64,000 nucleotides of DNA from Eledone cirrhosa (GCA_964016885.1 OZ024745.1:16368001-16432000); one strand, 5' to 3'. Positions 27,104 to 42,026 are shown, counted from the first letter of the stretch. The notes: generated by a model not told the origin, from the letters alone. Numbers and translations: made by a program.

Positions 27104-28249
27104 TTTGTACACATAATTGACCTCCTTTCCAATGCAACAGACATACAGATACATATATATATATATTGATGTACAGTGGAGTGGCATATATTATACTATA
27201 CTATTTTTGTACAGCAATTCAAATTCAAAATCAAAATCAAAATTTGCCATGCAAACAGCCATACGCTGCTCCATAACTTGCCAGGGGTTATGTAGACAAA
27301 ATTCTAATAGGTCCCCTGATATGTTCTAAGAGTAGACTGCATTTACAGTGAACTTTGATATAAAGGTATGGCATATTCAATTGTAGCACTATATAATAGG
27401 GAGTAATCAACTTAATATAGATACCTTTAGTACATCATGATACAGTAGACTGTATTTAAAATTGGAAACTAGATATAAATGTATAACCGTCTATATAAGG
27501 GACTCCATTGAGGCGCCTTATAATGTATGTTAGAACAATGAATTTAGTTATGAGATTCGGCTAGTTACCTCCCTTTACGCATTAACTCCCCTTAATACTT
27601 CCGGGTAATAAACCGCTGTAAATTCTCGCAGTAGAATCAATCTATTCTATAAACTTGGATTAAATAACACTGAGCCTCAATACGCTAAAATAATTTATTT
27701 TAATGCACCAAACATTCAATACGGAATCATCGTTACTTATGTGATGGATGTAGAAACTATATCTTACTTTTTCTGAATGTGAAAATGATGGTGGATACGA
27801 AAACCATAACTTTCTTTTGCTCCTTCTTTTTCTTTTTATTTTTCTGCACACATACTTTTTGTTCTATACAAAAAATACCTTACCACTACAACCACCATAA
27901 TAATCTTGCTTACCCGCTTAAAGTGCTTGCATTACGTATAACACCCTGCCACACAATAATAGTATAAAAATGAGACACACTTGCATGATCCACGTGTACC
28001 TAACGCATACACTACCTACCAGACCTGACTATCAAACTATCCTCTTGCATTATCTGTATTATCTGCCGAATGTATTTTAATTTTGACTTTTATTTTAATT
28101 TTGATTTTGATTTTGATTTTGATTTTGAATTTGAATTACTGTACAAAAATAGTATAGTATAATATATGCCACTCCACTGTACATCAATATATATATATAT
28201 GTATCTGTATGTCTCTTGCGTTGGAAAGGAGGTCAATTATGTGTACAAA
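27104..28249. repeat. About 140-bp inverted repeats around an 850-bp spacer, probably PLE 3' UTR with 5' inversion
   Basis: 27104-27243 is the reverse complement of about 28110-28249; directly adjoins the family E hammerhead. Confidence 0.8.
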
Positions 28250-28972
28250 TATATATATAAAACTGACATTGTCTGTGTGTGTTTCCTAATTTTTGCAAAG
28301 TCTATAAAAATCCTCATTTCTACTCCAATTGACTTCAAACTTGCATTTATATATTCCTTGCGGTCTAAAGATATTAACTGCAGCTTTTACTTTTCAATTT
28401 TCTGTTGTTAAAGGCGTTTTTTTCACTAAAAGTCCTTTTTGTCGGCAATTTTGTCTACAATGTTCAAGAGACACAACGCTTTAGTATTTTGAAAGAGTTA
28501 CCTCTCTTTATAGACTATATTATCCCTACTTATACGTACATCTCTTGAAATTGTTGATGGTGACCCCAATCGGTGACCCCGATATAACAGTTCGGTGTAT
28601 ATCAGATTGGGTAGATTTTTGTAATCTTAAAAGTATCCAACTAAATTCCTTCATGCTCTCCACCACTGTAGTCTCACATGCTTACTGCTCTGTAACTATT
28701 GATTTCATTGTACCATAGCACAACAAATACATGTTCGGTTTGTCGAATGCCTTTTTACCCTATCGTCTTGGCTTTCGTGGGTTGAACATTTTATCTCGCA
28801 CCCAATTAAGTTAAAATCCTGGTAATCTACGACGAATTTTTTTTATAAGCACAAAATGTAGACACCATCCCCAGGCTGAGGTATTCCGTACTTCTCTGTA
28901 CTGTTTCAGAAAGGAAGGATAAACATACCAATCTATGTTTAGAAGCCAGAGCAACGGCGGGCCATTCTGCTA

Positions 28973-28973
<1 letters not shown>
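28250..28973 (+). mobile_element. Non-autonomous Helitron
   Basis: 5' TATATATATAAAACTG.., 3' GAGCAACGGCGGGCCATTCTGCTAG|T, similar to the 3' end at 14032. Confidence 0.65.
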
Positions 28974-29054
<81 letters not shown>

Positions 29055-29058
<4 letters not shown>

Positions 29059-29515
29059 AGGAGTTGACGGACCCAGCATATTTATCAATGCCAGGACCGG
29101 TTGTATCTCAACGTACTCAATAGGTAATGTAGAATACATTCCCAGAGTATACACATTGTTATTTGCTTCAACACAACACACGTAAAACGGGTGCCTATAA
29201 TAGTTCCCGGACTCGAGTTTCGGCCACACTTAATGCAACAGTAGGGTGCACTGCACCTTCTGTCTGCATATATTATGCAACAATGCATAATCGGCGTATG
29301 TGGCTTCATCAGCGGGTATCGCCTAATCAATAACCAATCGATCGACAGAATCCAAACCCCAGCCCATGCCGGCTATGACTCTTTGTGACGGCTGACACAG
29401 TAAAGGTATTAGCAACTGGAATCCGATACAATTCCGTCCACCGACCAGCTACCGATTTATAAACGTTACAAGATGGCGGGAGAATAGTAAACAAATATTT
29501 TCGTTCCCGTCATAT
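29055..29515 (-). mobile_element. Family H PLE-type element
   Basis: Hammerhead 29206-29316 and 3' bulged stem-loop 29114-29149; 3' end runs into (TA)n; terminal fragments recur at 38119-38211. Confidence 0.7.
29206..29316 (-). ncRNA. Type I hammerhead with branched 80-nt helix II (family H), intact core
   Basis: cccg CTGATGA a-gccaca...tgtggc-c GAAA C-TCGA-G TC cggg; internal hairpins TTATGCA/TGCATAA and GGTGCA/TGCACC. Confidence 0.85.
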
Positions 29516-30837
29516 ATATATGAGAAGCAATAGAAGTATCCGAAATATGTTGGCTAATTCGCATTTATGTAAATTTAGAAAAGGTTGAAGTAGCTTACAT
29601 GTTAATTGTGTTGGTTGTGGCCAGTTGTGTTATGTAACTATATATCTTGATGGTACGAGATGTATCATTGACTATAATACATACGTTCCAAGGTGAACAT
29701 GTATAATAGAATATTTGTCGAATACTGTGTCAATCTAATCGACTTTCCTTCTATCAATATTGCTGGCCTTGTGCCTAAAACAGAATCCCTGTGTAAGCTG
29801 ACGTACTGTGACAATCACACTTCAACACCGTCCTGACTAGTGAAAGGATATAAACCTTCCCCCAATATTTGCAACAAGGTGGCATCTATTAAATGGACCC
29901 AGGGATAGGTGCCTTAAAAAGAAAGTTGCACACTTAAACTTTCTCCCTACGGGCTTCCACACAGTTTCTGTTCAATCAAATTTCACTCAGAATGTTTGGA
30001 TCAACCCAAGGCACTAATAGAAACACTGGCTCTGTGGTTAAACTCGACAAAACGTAGTTGTGACATGAACGCCTTAACCACTGAGCCATGTCGGCATGAG
30101 TTTAATAGGAACACACAAACAAAATCGATATTTCACAGCCAAATTTTGGCAATCAGTTCCTTCTTCAGGATCAATAAATGTTAGTCCGTGCCTGTCTATA
30201 TCGTTGGATCTTATTTTTCCTGGCATGTATTCTACTGCGATGTTACTATCCAGATATTTCAATGCTTCACTTGTTTCTGGCTCAGAAATATTCTTAGAGG
30301 TTCCGTTTCAAATATTTCATTACTGTACCATTCTAACCGATCGTAAAGTAACTTTACTAACTCATTTATCAATATAAAATGTAATGCAGTATATTTTTTT
30401 GAAGACCACGATATTGCAAAATGGTAGATTTTGGAATAAATTGAAGCACCAAAAATGCTGGTGTGTCACCTGTTATATTTACCTGTCCTAAGATTTAATG
30501 TATATGCCATAACTATACACGTTTTATGGTTTGATCACATATTCGTGTATTTATATTATATAATTTTCAAATATTGCAAGATTTGACATTTCAGTCATTG
30601 ATATTTAAATCAATCTAGTTGAATTTTTCTTATATATATATATATATATCACATAAGAAACGGAGAATCAGTGGTGCGACGAATTAAAATTTATTAGACA
30701 TATTACAATCGTTTCTCGAGGCACGATCGATGCGATAATCGAACCTGACTCTAAAACCGCAATATACTCAGATACGTCTCAATCTTTCGAAGCAGAGTTT
30801 TTTTTTTTTTTTTTATAAACTCTGCTTCGAAAGATTG

Positions 30838-30934
30838 AGACGTATCTGAGGATCTTACGATTTCAGAGTCAGCTTCGATCGTCGCATCGATCTTGCCTGG
30901 AGCTGGTCGTCAGAGAAACGATTGTAATATGTCT
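30838..30934 (+). ncRNA. Type I hammerhead with long helix II (family I), intact core
   Basis: agacgtat CTGAGGA tcttacgat...gtcgtcaga GAAA C-gatt-G TA atatgtct; 8-bp helix I. Confidence 0.85.
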
Positions 30935-30999
30935 AATACATTTTAATTCGTCGCACCACTGATTCTCCTTTTCTTACGTGTTATTATACTCTGCTCTGT

Positions 31000-31089
31000 T
31001 GACTTTGCCTTTCAGCCTTACGGGGTCGATAAAATAAAGTACCAGTAATGCACTGGGTAATTGCTGGCCTTGTGCCTAAAGTAGAAACA
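31000..31089 (+). mobile_element. 5'-truncated SINE with 17-bp TSD
   Basis: TSD ATTATACTCTGCTCTGT at 30983-30999 and 31090-31106; SINE core and tail between them. Confidence 0.92.
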
Positions 31090-31945
31090 ATTATACTCTG
31101 CTCTGTAAGAGTATCGAGTGCTCAAACGGCATACCGCATACAGACGCTTTAAGCATCCCACACCAAATATATATATATATATATATATATACCTTATTAA
31201 TTTGCTTGAAAGCTGTAGTTCGTCAATAAGTTAGTATCTAGATTTGGGTTTGTAGCACCACATGCATATATTTCTTACAGTTTATTTATTCGATCGACAA
31301 GGTCCCAGACCTCATTCGCTTACTTAGTGAGGTAGAACACGTCAAATCGGACCAAAAAAATAATGTCTCCATTGGTCTTTCCCTTGCTGATATTATCTAC
31401 TGCTCGCAATTCCTAGCAGAAGGGGCATCTCGAAATAAAGTGTCTTACTCAATGACATATCACATTTTCCAATCTGGGAATCGATCTCGTAACCTCATGA
31501 TTGCGAATTCAATTTTCTAAACCTTAGGTTTTGAAGATTACATATCCCTTCGCTTCTGCCGAGAATTATAGAAGCTGGAGTTTTATAGAATTCCAATGAT
31601 GTTTAAGATGATAATTAAACGGAGCGGTTGTTGGTCCAACAAAAATTAGGAACTAGTATTGATGCTCTGAAATAGCTCTGTTTAATCAGCTTTTAAACAT
31701 CACTGGATTTCTATAAGAATCCAGCTTCTACAACTCTCGGCAGATGCGAAGGGATATGTAATCTTGACAACCACCAACGAGGGAGAAACGACCAGGGTTT
31801 CTTCCCTTTACTTTTGCCGAGACCAAGTAAGTGACGTAGCGAATAGTCTTCAAAATGTTTTAAAATAAACATACAGTATATTATCAAATATACTATACGT
31901 ACAGTCATACATCGCTATTTCGGAGCATCAATACTAATATATATG

Positions 31946-32140
31946 CAGTGGCGTAACTAGGTATTTTGCGCCCGGGGGCGAGCTCGAACTTTGCCCCCCC
32001 CCCCCCCGTAATTTAAATGACACGAAAAAACATGAACATATATGATCTAAAATTACTTTTATAAAATTAATATGGAAAAAAGAGTAAAAAAATATTTACA
32101 AAGCGATCTTTCTAGCTTTAGCTGATGCGAATTGATCGAT
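31946..32140 (+). mobile_element. hAT-like MITE left end
   Basis: CAGTGGCGTAACTAGG..GCGCCCGGGGGCG..TGCCCCCC terminus pattern; right end not found. Confidence 0.45.
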
Positions 32141-32675
32141 TATTTCACCAAAATCGCTTGTAAGTATGTATGTGTGTATAAATGTATGTGTATAAATGTA
32201 TGTGTGTAAAATATATGTATGTAAGTATGTATGTGTATATAAATAAGGAAGTGAGAAAGAGATATAGAGGAAGAATTGACCATAATTCTAGCCTGGCACA
32301 TTTTTATCGACCTCGAATGGATGAAAGACAAAGTTGGTCTAGGACCTTAAATGTTACTTAGTTTCAATTCATACATTCACTATTCACTTCTCTTTACTGA
32401 TAGATAGTTATCCAATTTTATTGAATATATTAGCAAGATATATGTTCCTCTTATAGACTTTGTAAATACTGTCAGGGTGATTAACATTCTTATCCATTTT
32501 CATCCTGTTTATATATTTAGACACGTCTATTTATTTCTCTAAATAAATATTGTTGTCAACAGAGATTTACATGCCAATCAAGAAAACTTTTTCTGTAATC
32601 GGTTCTCGCAATATTTCTATCAGATTCCTTTTTATTTGTTTATTTGTTTCACATTGAGAATCACTGACTCCCCAC

Positions 32676-32706
<31 letters not shown>

Positions 32707-32895
32707 CCGCAAACACACAAACACACACACGCGCACACGCGCGCTATTATTATATTTGTTTCTTTCCAGAGAATGTCACATTCTTCCACATGATGATACT
32801 TATTTAAGTTTATGGATATACCTAAAACTACGGTAGCACCAAATGTAATGATGGATCCTATGTCAGGTTCAATGACTGATTAGTTATGGCGTATT

Positions 32896-33090
32896 GGGGT
32901 GGCGAATTGGCAGAGTCGTTAGTATGTCAAATAGAATGCCGCATTCGCTCCTGCTCTCTGAGTTTAAAATCCCGCCGAAGTTAACTTTGACTTTCATCCA
33001 TTTCAGGTCAATAAAAAAGTACCAGTCTAATGCTGTCTGGAGACGATCCTTCCTCTATATCTCTTTCTCACTTCCATTCTCTCACTCACT
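32896..33090 (+). mobile_element. tRNA-derived SINE
   Basis: TGGCAGAGTCGTTAG A box, GAGTTTAAAATCCC B box, core; downstream sequence similar to 260-345. Confidence 0.75.
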
Positions 33091-34181
33091 ATCTTTCTCT
33101 GGAAGCAATCTGCTGTATTCAGGTCTGGAGAGGAGATGAACTCCGACATCTTCTAAAATGCTTTAGAAATAACTTATCAACTTATGTCAATACGGCAGCC
33201 CTACTGTTCTGTCAGGAGCTACGGGACCATAAAAGAACACAGGAGGATGGAGTATCCTTCAGACAGAGTGTTTTTAACGTAGTTCTCGAGTCGAATCAGC
33301 ATGACAAGACATTTGACAAGGCTGGATCTTTGAATTATAGGCACACTTGATTCTACGGGATTCCACACAGTTTTAGTTTATTAAACAAAAGGCCAGGGTG
33401 GATGAGATGTTATGTTAAAGACATTTGCAAAGTGAACTTCTTAGCCACATAACCATGGCTCGTACATTGTAAGGCGTTAGATAGAACAGATTCTCATGTG
33501 GATTTAGTAGATGTTTAGAGCTTAGAGCTGAGCTATTACCATGGTTTTCCAAATGATATAACATATCACACGCACTATTTCAGTTGGAGGGAGTATGGCT
33601 AGAGTGGAGTAAATTAGTTATTTGGAGCACTCCTATCATCTAAGAAATAACGGTGCTGTCCCAAATGATATTAATATAAGGCATACACACTGTCTATTTT
33701 AGTTGGAGGTGTTATGGGCTGAAGTCTAGTAATTATTTGTAATATCCCTATCATACAAGAAAGAATGTCACAAATACTTTGTAAACTACTATATCTGACA
33801 TTTGCCAATATAAATTTTAATGAATTAATGACAGCTTAAATTTGATTTACCTCCGAGATATTCTCATTCGAATTTAATTTACTAAGTCTTCTACTGATAG
33901 AATCTGTCAGCATTAGCATTTTACATAGTATTTATAAGCAGCAGAATATTCAAGAGACTCGCCCAATTCGATTATCATTGTAACAATATGACTTTATCAC
34001 AGCGGAGTATGTATATTCCATCTACATCAACCTTGAGGTGATGGCTTCGCATTGCTGTTAATGCTTACCACTAGGCCTCACACGACTGGTATGAATATGT
34101 AATTATTCATTGTATATTTGTGTATCTCTGTATGTGATGTGGTCCGACGATAACATATATATATATATACAGATATATATA

Positions 34182-34255
34182 TAACGAAGGAGGTGTGGTA
34201 AGGAACCAGATGGACCATAACGCACCAGTGTACTCAATACTTATGGTAGTAGAGT
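34182..34255 (-). mobile_element. Family A 3' fragment
   Basis: TAACGAAGGAGGTGTGGTAAGGAACCAGATGGACCATAACGCACCAG.GTACTCAATAC. Confidence 0.8.
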
Positions 34256-34484
34256 ATATTTATATGTAGGTATGTGTGTACGCTTGTTATATACGTATTT
34301 ATTTATTTATATACGTTTATATAATTTTTTATTTGTATACACGCATACACACATTTATATGTGCGTGGTTTTGTATACCTATGGTAAGTGTTTTGCGTAT
34401 GCTTGTGTATGTACGTATCTGTTTGCGTGTATGCATTTATTTATTTCTATTACTTCTGTATTGTATTTATTTACTTTGTTCTTA

Positions 34485-35149
<665 letters not shown>

Positions 35150-35374
35150 GTCCGACGACACCACTGATAACTCAGGTATAGTTTTTGGTCCTTTAATGTT
35201 ATATATTCGTTGGGCATTGTTAGTTTTATACAAATAACATATCTTTCGACTAAAAACAGGACAGGATACGGTGCAGACATAATATGCACATACCAAATGT
35301 ATTCACCCACACATATGGATACATATATGCGTGAGTATGTTGGTCTTTGTATGTATGTATGTGGGTATGTATGC

Positions 35375-35482
<108 letters not shown>

Positions 35483-35638
35483 CTGTGTATGTGTGTGTTT
35501 ATAGTAAGCGGGTGAGGATGCAAAGACTGAGTAGGAGATACGGGAGAATTGTTGCGTGCAAAACAAAGAAAGAAATCTATAGAGATGAATTTATGAAGAG
35601 ATGGAAAAGAAAACATGAACTTCATTCCTGTGCCTCGA

Positions 35639-35639
<1 letters not shown>

Positions 35640-35708
<69 letters not shown>

Positions 35709-35745
35709 GCTGCTGCTCTGCTGCTGCTGCTGCCGCTGCCGCCAC
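35640..35745 (+). repeat. (CTA)n grading into (CTG)n microsatellite
   Basis: Directly visible. Confidence 0.95.
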
Positions 35746-35970
35746 AACTACTTCCACTTCTCCAAAATAATAATAACAGAGCGAGTAACAAAGAAAATTT
35801 TACTATGTTCAGAAAATACTGGCGAACATGGAGAAAGGAATTTCCTGTTTACTATTGTTTGAAGCCAAATTTTAAAGAATCTTTTAATAAATCAAGAACC
35901 CAAAAAACCCCCACCATGTCTCTGTATATATATATATATATATGTCTGTGTGTATATATATATATATGTA

Positions 35971-36013
<43 letters not shown>

Positions 36014-36049
36014 ATATATATGTATATATGTGTATACACACACATACAG

Positions 36050-36099
<50 letters not shown>

Positions 36100-37739
36100 C
36101 AAAGTGTTTCAGTGTATAGGAAATGTTATATAATATCTTCAACACAAATGAGTAAAACAGTCGACGTTTCCAAATCTACTAAGCAGACACACTCTTAATA
36201 TATAATATACCGTTGATATACTTGTGTATGCCTGTTTATTTGACACAGAAACACAGAAATATATATATATATATATATTTGGGGAAGGTCATATTGTCCT
36301 AATATTGCCAAAAATAGTAAAACTCTCTCACTGTTTGGTTTGGTCTGGTTTTCGCTTCAGTTTCAAATATTCTAATATTTTAGCTGGCAATTTAGCTGGC
36401 AATCAACGTTAATCATTGATTCACCAGCAGATAAAAATATAAATATAATATATAAATATAATAAATATATACGCGCCTGTGGTAAACTCAATAATTTACA
36501 CGTTCATTCTCACGCCAGACATTCATTTGATAGAACTACTGATTGCTCATTGTCGAAACCGATGGAGACTCCTTGATCACTCTCAATAACCTCCCAAAGT
36601 ACACCTAACAGAAAGTAATCTGATGGATGGTATAAGTCAGCAAGACACAACGACACAACGACCTCTTCTTCTCTGAATCAGCTACATATTACCTATCTAA
36701 TACATCATTATTTTCAACTATCATCACCTATGTTATATCTAATCTACCCAGGGTCAGATATTCACCTGCTGAGGCTCTAAACTATAGGAAATGTGAGGTA
36801 CTTATCTAAAAATATCGTGTGATAAAAAATAATTATGCATGATTATTTTATATATTAGTGTTAATGATAAAGAATAAAGAAGATATAATTTTTGATGATT
36901 TAATGTTAAAGAATAAAAGTTTAATGATAAAATATAAATACGTTTTTTAAAAATGAGGGTTGTGTGACCATAATCTATAGCTTATTTAGCTTGTAAGTCC
37001 AGCACTGAACCTACCTCAGCCCAGACTTAGTCCTAAACATATTCTCTTCAAGAACGTTATATACAACTTATACTACATCTAACCTTAGAGCATGCACTGT
37101 TTAGGAGTTTCCTTCTATTATCGCCTTACAATTGATTAAGCTGAAAATCTCCCTCATCAATCTCAACTTTCAAAATGTCAAACAAGATCACGGGTTTGGC
37201 AACTCCTTCTGAACAAAGTCATTAAGAAAAAAAAAAAAAACGAGAATGCAGAAGTAAAGTTATTAGTACATAAATATTTATCTACACAAGAGTCAGACTG
37301 GCCCTTAAGTTTCATTTATCCTGGAAAATGGTATAAATTTACTTACATTTTATTGTAATGTAAAATATTGATTGGGACTAGCTAGCTGTCATAACCTCAA
37401 TGTACCATTGGCTCAGGTGTGAGATGGTTTTTTCTCTTCGCGACTATGTGGAAACCTACATAACTTACTAACAAACTGTAAATACACTCCCGATTCATAC
37501 ATCAATTCTGAACTTTAAAGTTAGTGGTCTTGAACACACATCTGCAATATACAGTTTCGGTGTGCTAACTATTATACCAGAGAGTCAGCCAACGAACATT
37601 TCCGTTATATTAAGCATTATCATTCAGTCAAAAAATATGTGAATAAAGTTAATAGCTTCAACTTTTTGGCCTATGAAAAATAAGTTGGATATATAAACCC
37701 TAGGAAATAGAAAACAATTTGTAATGCACGAAAAAGAAA

Positions 37740-37861
37740 ATATGTTGATGCCCTAAGGACAGACACTGGTCTGTTGGAGATGCAGGATATGGCAGCGATA
37801 ATGAGGGACAGAGACCGCTGGAGAGAACTCGTCCATGGATCTCGGGAATTTTACCCGCCTT

Positions 37862-37863
<2 letters not shown>
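37740..37863 (+). mobile_element. RTE-a LINE extreme 3' fragment
   Basis: Matches 6418-6540; ends CCCGCCTTAG followed by (AT)n. Confidence 0.9.
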
Positions 37864-37930
<67 letters not shown>

Positions 37931-37934
37931 GAGT

Positions 37935-38066
37935 TCAGATATAGCCGTCGAAACGGCTTGAGTTCTGCCGTCGGGGTCATACTTTCTCCTATTATCCACA
38001 ACTACCCTAAGTATTGAGTACTCTGGTGCGTTATGGTCCATCTGGTCCCTTACCACAACTCCTTCG

Positions 38067-38070
<4 letters not shown>
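37935..38070 (+). mobile_element. Family A copy
   Basis: ATAGCCGTCGAAACGGCTTGAG.TCTGCCGTCGGGGTCATAC...CCTTCGTTAT(AT)n. Confidence 0.8.
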
Positions 38071-38122
<52 letters not shown>

Positions 38123-38206
38123 TGGGTCCGTCTACTCCTTATTATATATATATATATAATAAGGAGTAGACGGACCCAGCATATTTATCAATGCCAGGAC
38201 CGGTTG

Positions 38207-38315
<109 letters not shown>

Positions 38316-38329
38316 TAATAAAACAATGA

Positions 38330-40700
38330 AATAAAAACAAAGAACCAGTTCCTTATATTAAAAAATTGATCATTTTACGATCGTTTCTAGGATGTATATG
38401 TGTGTTGGGATGTATATCATATAGATCTATGTAAAAATATTACAAATTATCAGAGGAAATATACATACCTTCACATATACATGCTGTCTTCAGAAATGAT
38501 GAGATTTGTTTATTGAAAAAAACCAACAAAGATTTAATATAAAAGGTCTGTTTGGGAACAGGTTTTGAATTGACCAATAGAAAAGTAGTTAGAGGTCAAG
38601 TTGATAGAATAGTGGTACTAGAAATTTAATTTAGGGGTAGAGGAGTGCAGACTTATGTTTTGAATGAAAAGAATACTTTGGGGATGAAAAGATGTCAAGC
38701 CAGTGAAGGGTACACGAAAATTTGATGTTATTAAAGAATAATGTTAAAAACAAAGGAAAATATAATTTTAGGGTAAGGGTATTAGTGAGAAATACCAATC
38801 TTATTTAAACCACAAGGAATCTAGATCTAAAACAAGAAATTAAATTAATTGATAGGTATACTTATAGGGATAAATTTATATTAATTCAAATGAATGTGAT
38901 AAATAAGCATTAGATGTTATTAAAGAGTGTTTTTAAAAACGAAGGAAAGTAAAATTTTGGGATAAGGGTAGATGTGAGAAATACCAATCTTATATAAACT
39001 ACAAGGAATCTAGATTCATAACAGGAAATTAAATTAATTTATAGGTATACTTTTAGGTATTAATTTTAGTAAAAGAGACTTGTAAGAGGGAAATAAAATT
39101 ATGAAGTTCTCTGTAGTAAAATACTAATTATAGGTTAACTAAATTAAAAGAACTAATTATAATAATATGTAAAATATAAGAGTAAGTTGTATATTAATTA
39201 GGTTTATAATATTTGAAGGTTCTTCTAATTCTATGATTGCAAGATATAATTAATTCCTGTCGCTTATTTAATAGGATATCCTTAGATTTCATGATTTCAA
39301 AAAGTTCCTGGGAGCATAACCTACACCCGTATCTGTTATTTTGATAAGGCGTAGCCCTTTTGAGCACGCTCCAGGTCAGGTTGTAATCGATATTCTTATT
39401 TTTATAATTATTAATTGTTTCAGCCAAAGATGTTGTATTAGCTAATGCGGCATTTTTAAAACTATGTTTGTGGGTATTAAATCTTACTTTAAATTGGTTA
39501 CACGTAGCTAGCTCCTATATATGAATAAGTGGAGTCCTTAGTACTAATTTTACATTTATAGTCTATGTTATTAATAAGACAATTTCCCTTTAATGGTCAA
39601 TTTCTTTTGATTCTACAGTTACAACCATTCGTGAATATTATATCAGGGGAGTTAGTCAAATTTGGTGTGGAATTTACTCGACTTGTTATATGTGAAGGAG
39701 ATGGTGGTTTGTTGCGGTTTATTTTAGTATTATGGTTGGTTTGATGTGTTGGTGGTATATTTGTGGGTTTTTTACATTTATATGCGTTGTACGCACTTAT
39801 ATTCTGTTGTATATATTTTGGTAGTGGAGTAGGAAAATTTGACAGTTGATCTATTTAAAATTTGATGGTATTTATGGTTTGGTGGAAAGATTTTCTCTAG
39901 GATAGTAAAACATTTTTTAGGTATATTATCTTTAATTTGTAGATTAAATGGAGCATTATACCAAGTAATCCGGTTTCAATATTGTTTTTTTTTATATTTA
40001 TACGATGTATCAGTATGTTTACTAAGAGAGTTACTATTAGTGAATTTATTATATATAGGTTTAGTTAGATTAACTGATTTAGGTGTTTTAGTCTGATTAC
40101 TAGGAATTTTGTTAGTAATGTTGTTAACATATATTAGAGTATTAGGATGAATGGTTTTTTGAAAGTCATTATATTTTATGTGAGAAGAGGTAGAGAAATT
40201 AAGTTTTAGGTTGGTATTTTGGGGTATAGTGTGAGTGGCATTTAGGTGTGGGTTTTTCATTTGGTGTTTGTTGGTAATATTGGGTTGTATGTTTGAAGTA
40301 TTATTGGTGCAAGGTATATAGACTAATTTGTTTTTGTGGCCGCTTCTCGCTAACGCTTCGTTATAAAAGGGCGCGTTTTTATCGAATACATCCTGGTTAG
40401 ATGAAAGGTTAGAGATTCTGAGTGAGATGTTATATGCTAGGTTTTTATGGATAGATCTAGGGTGATTGGATTGTGAGTGTATGTAATGTAAGTTTTGGTT
40501 AGGTTTATGGTAAGGTTGGTAGATACCCGTAGATAAGTCTAATGTTATACCTAGGAAATTGACTATTTTACTGGTGTTTTCAAACGTAATAGTGAGATTG
40601 TAATAGTCTTTGAGGAAAGTTCTAAGTTTTTTTTTTTTTTAATTTTTTTTCAATTTCTGATAGGCTAAGATTAGTGGAAAGAAGAAGACAGTCATCCATC
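38330..40700 (-). mobile_element. Penelope-like element, 5'-truncated at the RT catalytic motif: RT C-terminus, GIY-YIG, 3' UTR, pseudo-LTR
   Basis: Minus-strand peptides MDDCLLL..VNFLGITLDL..YQPYHKPN..YIHSQSNHP..FYNEALARSGHK, CNCR..PLKGNCL, YIG..TCNQFKVRFNTHKHSF, LTWSVLKRATPY..CRLCSQE..LLNKRQELIISCNH. Confidence 0.92.
38370..38499 (-). ncRNA. Type I hammerhead with about 100-nt helix II at the PLE 3' end, intact core
   Basis: tcattt CTGAAGA c-ag.atgtatatgtg...cacatatacat.ct-a GAAA C-GATC-G TA aaatga. Confidence 0.85.
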
Positions 40701-40790
40701 TCAACATGAGAAACCGGTAAAGGAACAAAATAAATATATATATTTAAAAAAAAATAAGACTCAAGTTGCAATTTCGATTTCATCTTATTT

Positions 40791-40871
<81 letters not shown>

Positions 40872-40892
40872 CTGGGCTGGTGCGTTTGAAAC

Positions 40893-40927
<35 letters not shown>

Positions 40928-42026
40928 TCAAACGCACCAGCCCAGACATCTATATAAATGGAAATGTTGGTGTTCCTACGTGTATTGTTTAATGTTATTA
41001 AGAATTGAAATAAAACGCTATTAGTTCAGTTTTTTGATATGCACTTGTTTATACTCCAAATGGGATTACTGATTTGATTTCAATCTCTTTATGGAACTTA
41101 TACACAGCACAAGATGGAACTTATACACAGTACAAGGGATGATGAATTAATGTAGATCAACTCTAAAAGGTTTTATAAAGCTATTGACAGTATTATCGAT
41201 AATTATAAGCAATTTATGTAGTTAATAATTACATCGTTTAAAGCTTTGTACGATTGTGTGTAAGTGTGTATATATGTTGTTAGTGTAATTCTGGTGGTTT
41301 AGCTTTAGTGCAACTTGATCTTGCAGTCGTAAGATCCGAAGTCATTCTGCATGTGACGGTCCCACGTCGGTTTCGGTGATGAGTATTTAATCGTTCAATC
41401 ATTTGAACGTCTAACTCATGAATTAACTTGTAACTGGCCAAGCATTCTACAGGTATATTTTCCTCAAATGGAATTCATAAATTAAAATCAGCGTGACGTA
41501 ATAAATGACGAGGCTGAATATTTTTTAATTAATTGTATAATCAATCCGATAAGCTTCCATATTGTTTCCCTGTAACAAATTCCATTCACAAGGCATGGGT
41601 CTATATGATGCTCTTGCAAAGCCACTTGCCTAAAATTACACACAATGAGATCGAATCAGGGATCTCCGGTTTATGCAGGGCTACATTATCTCTTTTATCG
41701 TGCCATTATATGATATGGAGTGATTTGAGAGAGATTTAGCTATTTAAGGTCAAGCGATGCCAAAACAAGCTCCTTCGCTGGCAGATTTTCAGCAAAACCC
41801 ACTAACTGATAGCATGTGATACTCTCTTGGGATTAAACATATTCATATATCCTTGATATAAGGAAGTCAGGCTTCACATTTCACAATATTTTGCTAACCT
41901 TATTCAACTCCCACTCATGAGACACTCAACAAATCTCAAGGTTGTTTCTCGACGTAGACATTAAAAACTGTGCTAATGTATGTAGTCCCAACTATTTTTA
42001 CACATATTTTACTAAGAAACCATCCA

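Larger units (their letters stand above)
30650..31170 (+). mobile_element. Family I PLE-type element with about 150-bp inverted arm, interrupted by a SINE
   Basis: 30650-30800 is the reverse complement of 30817-30980; hammerhead 30838-30934; tail resumes at 31090. Confidence 0.8.

Noticed and set aside
36760-36805. CTGCTGA..GAAA hammerhead candidate
   Set aside because: Core and helices too degenerate
40700-40790. GAAA-CCGG-TA half hammerhead at the PLE 5' truncation
   Set aside because: No 5' half and no clear homology to that element's own pseudo-LTR; left uncalled
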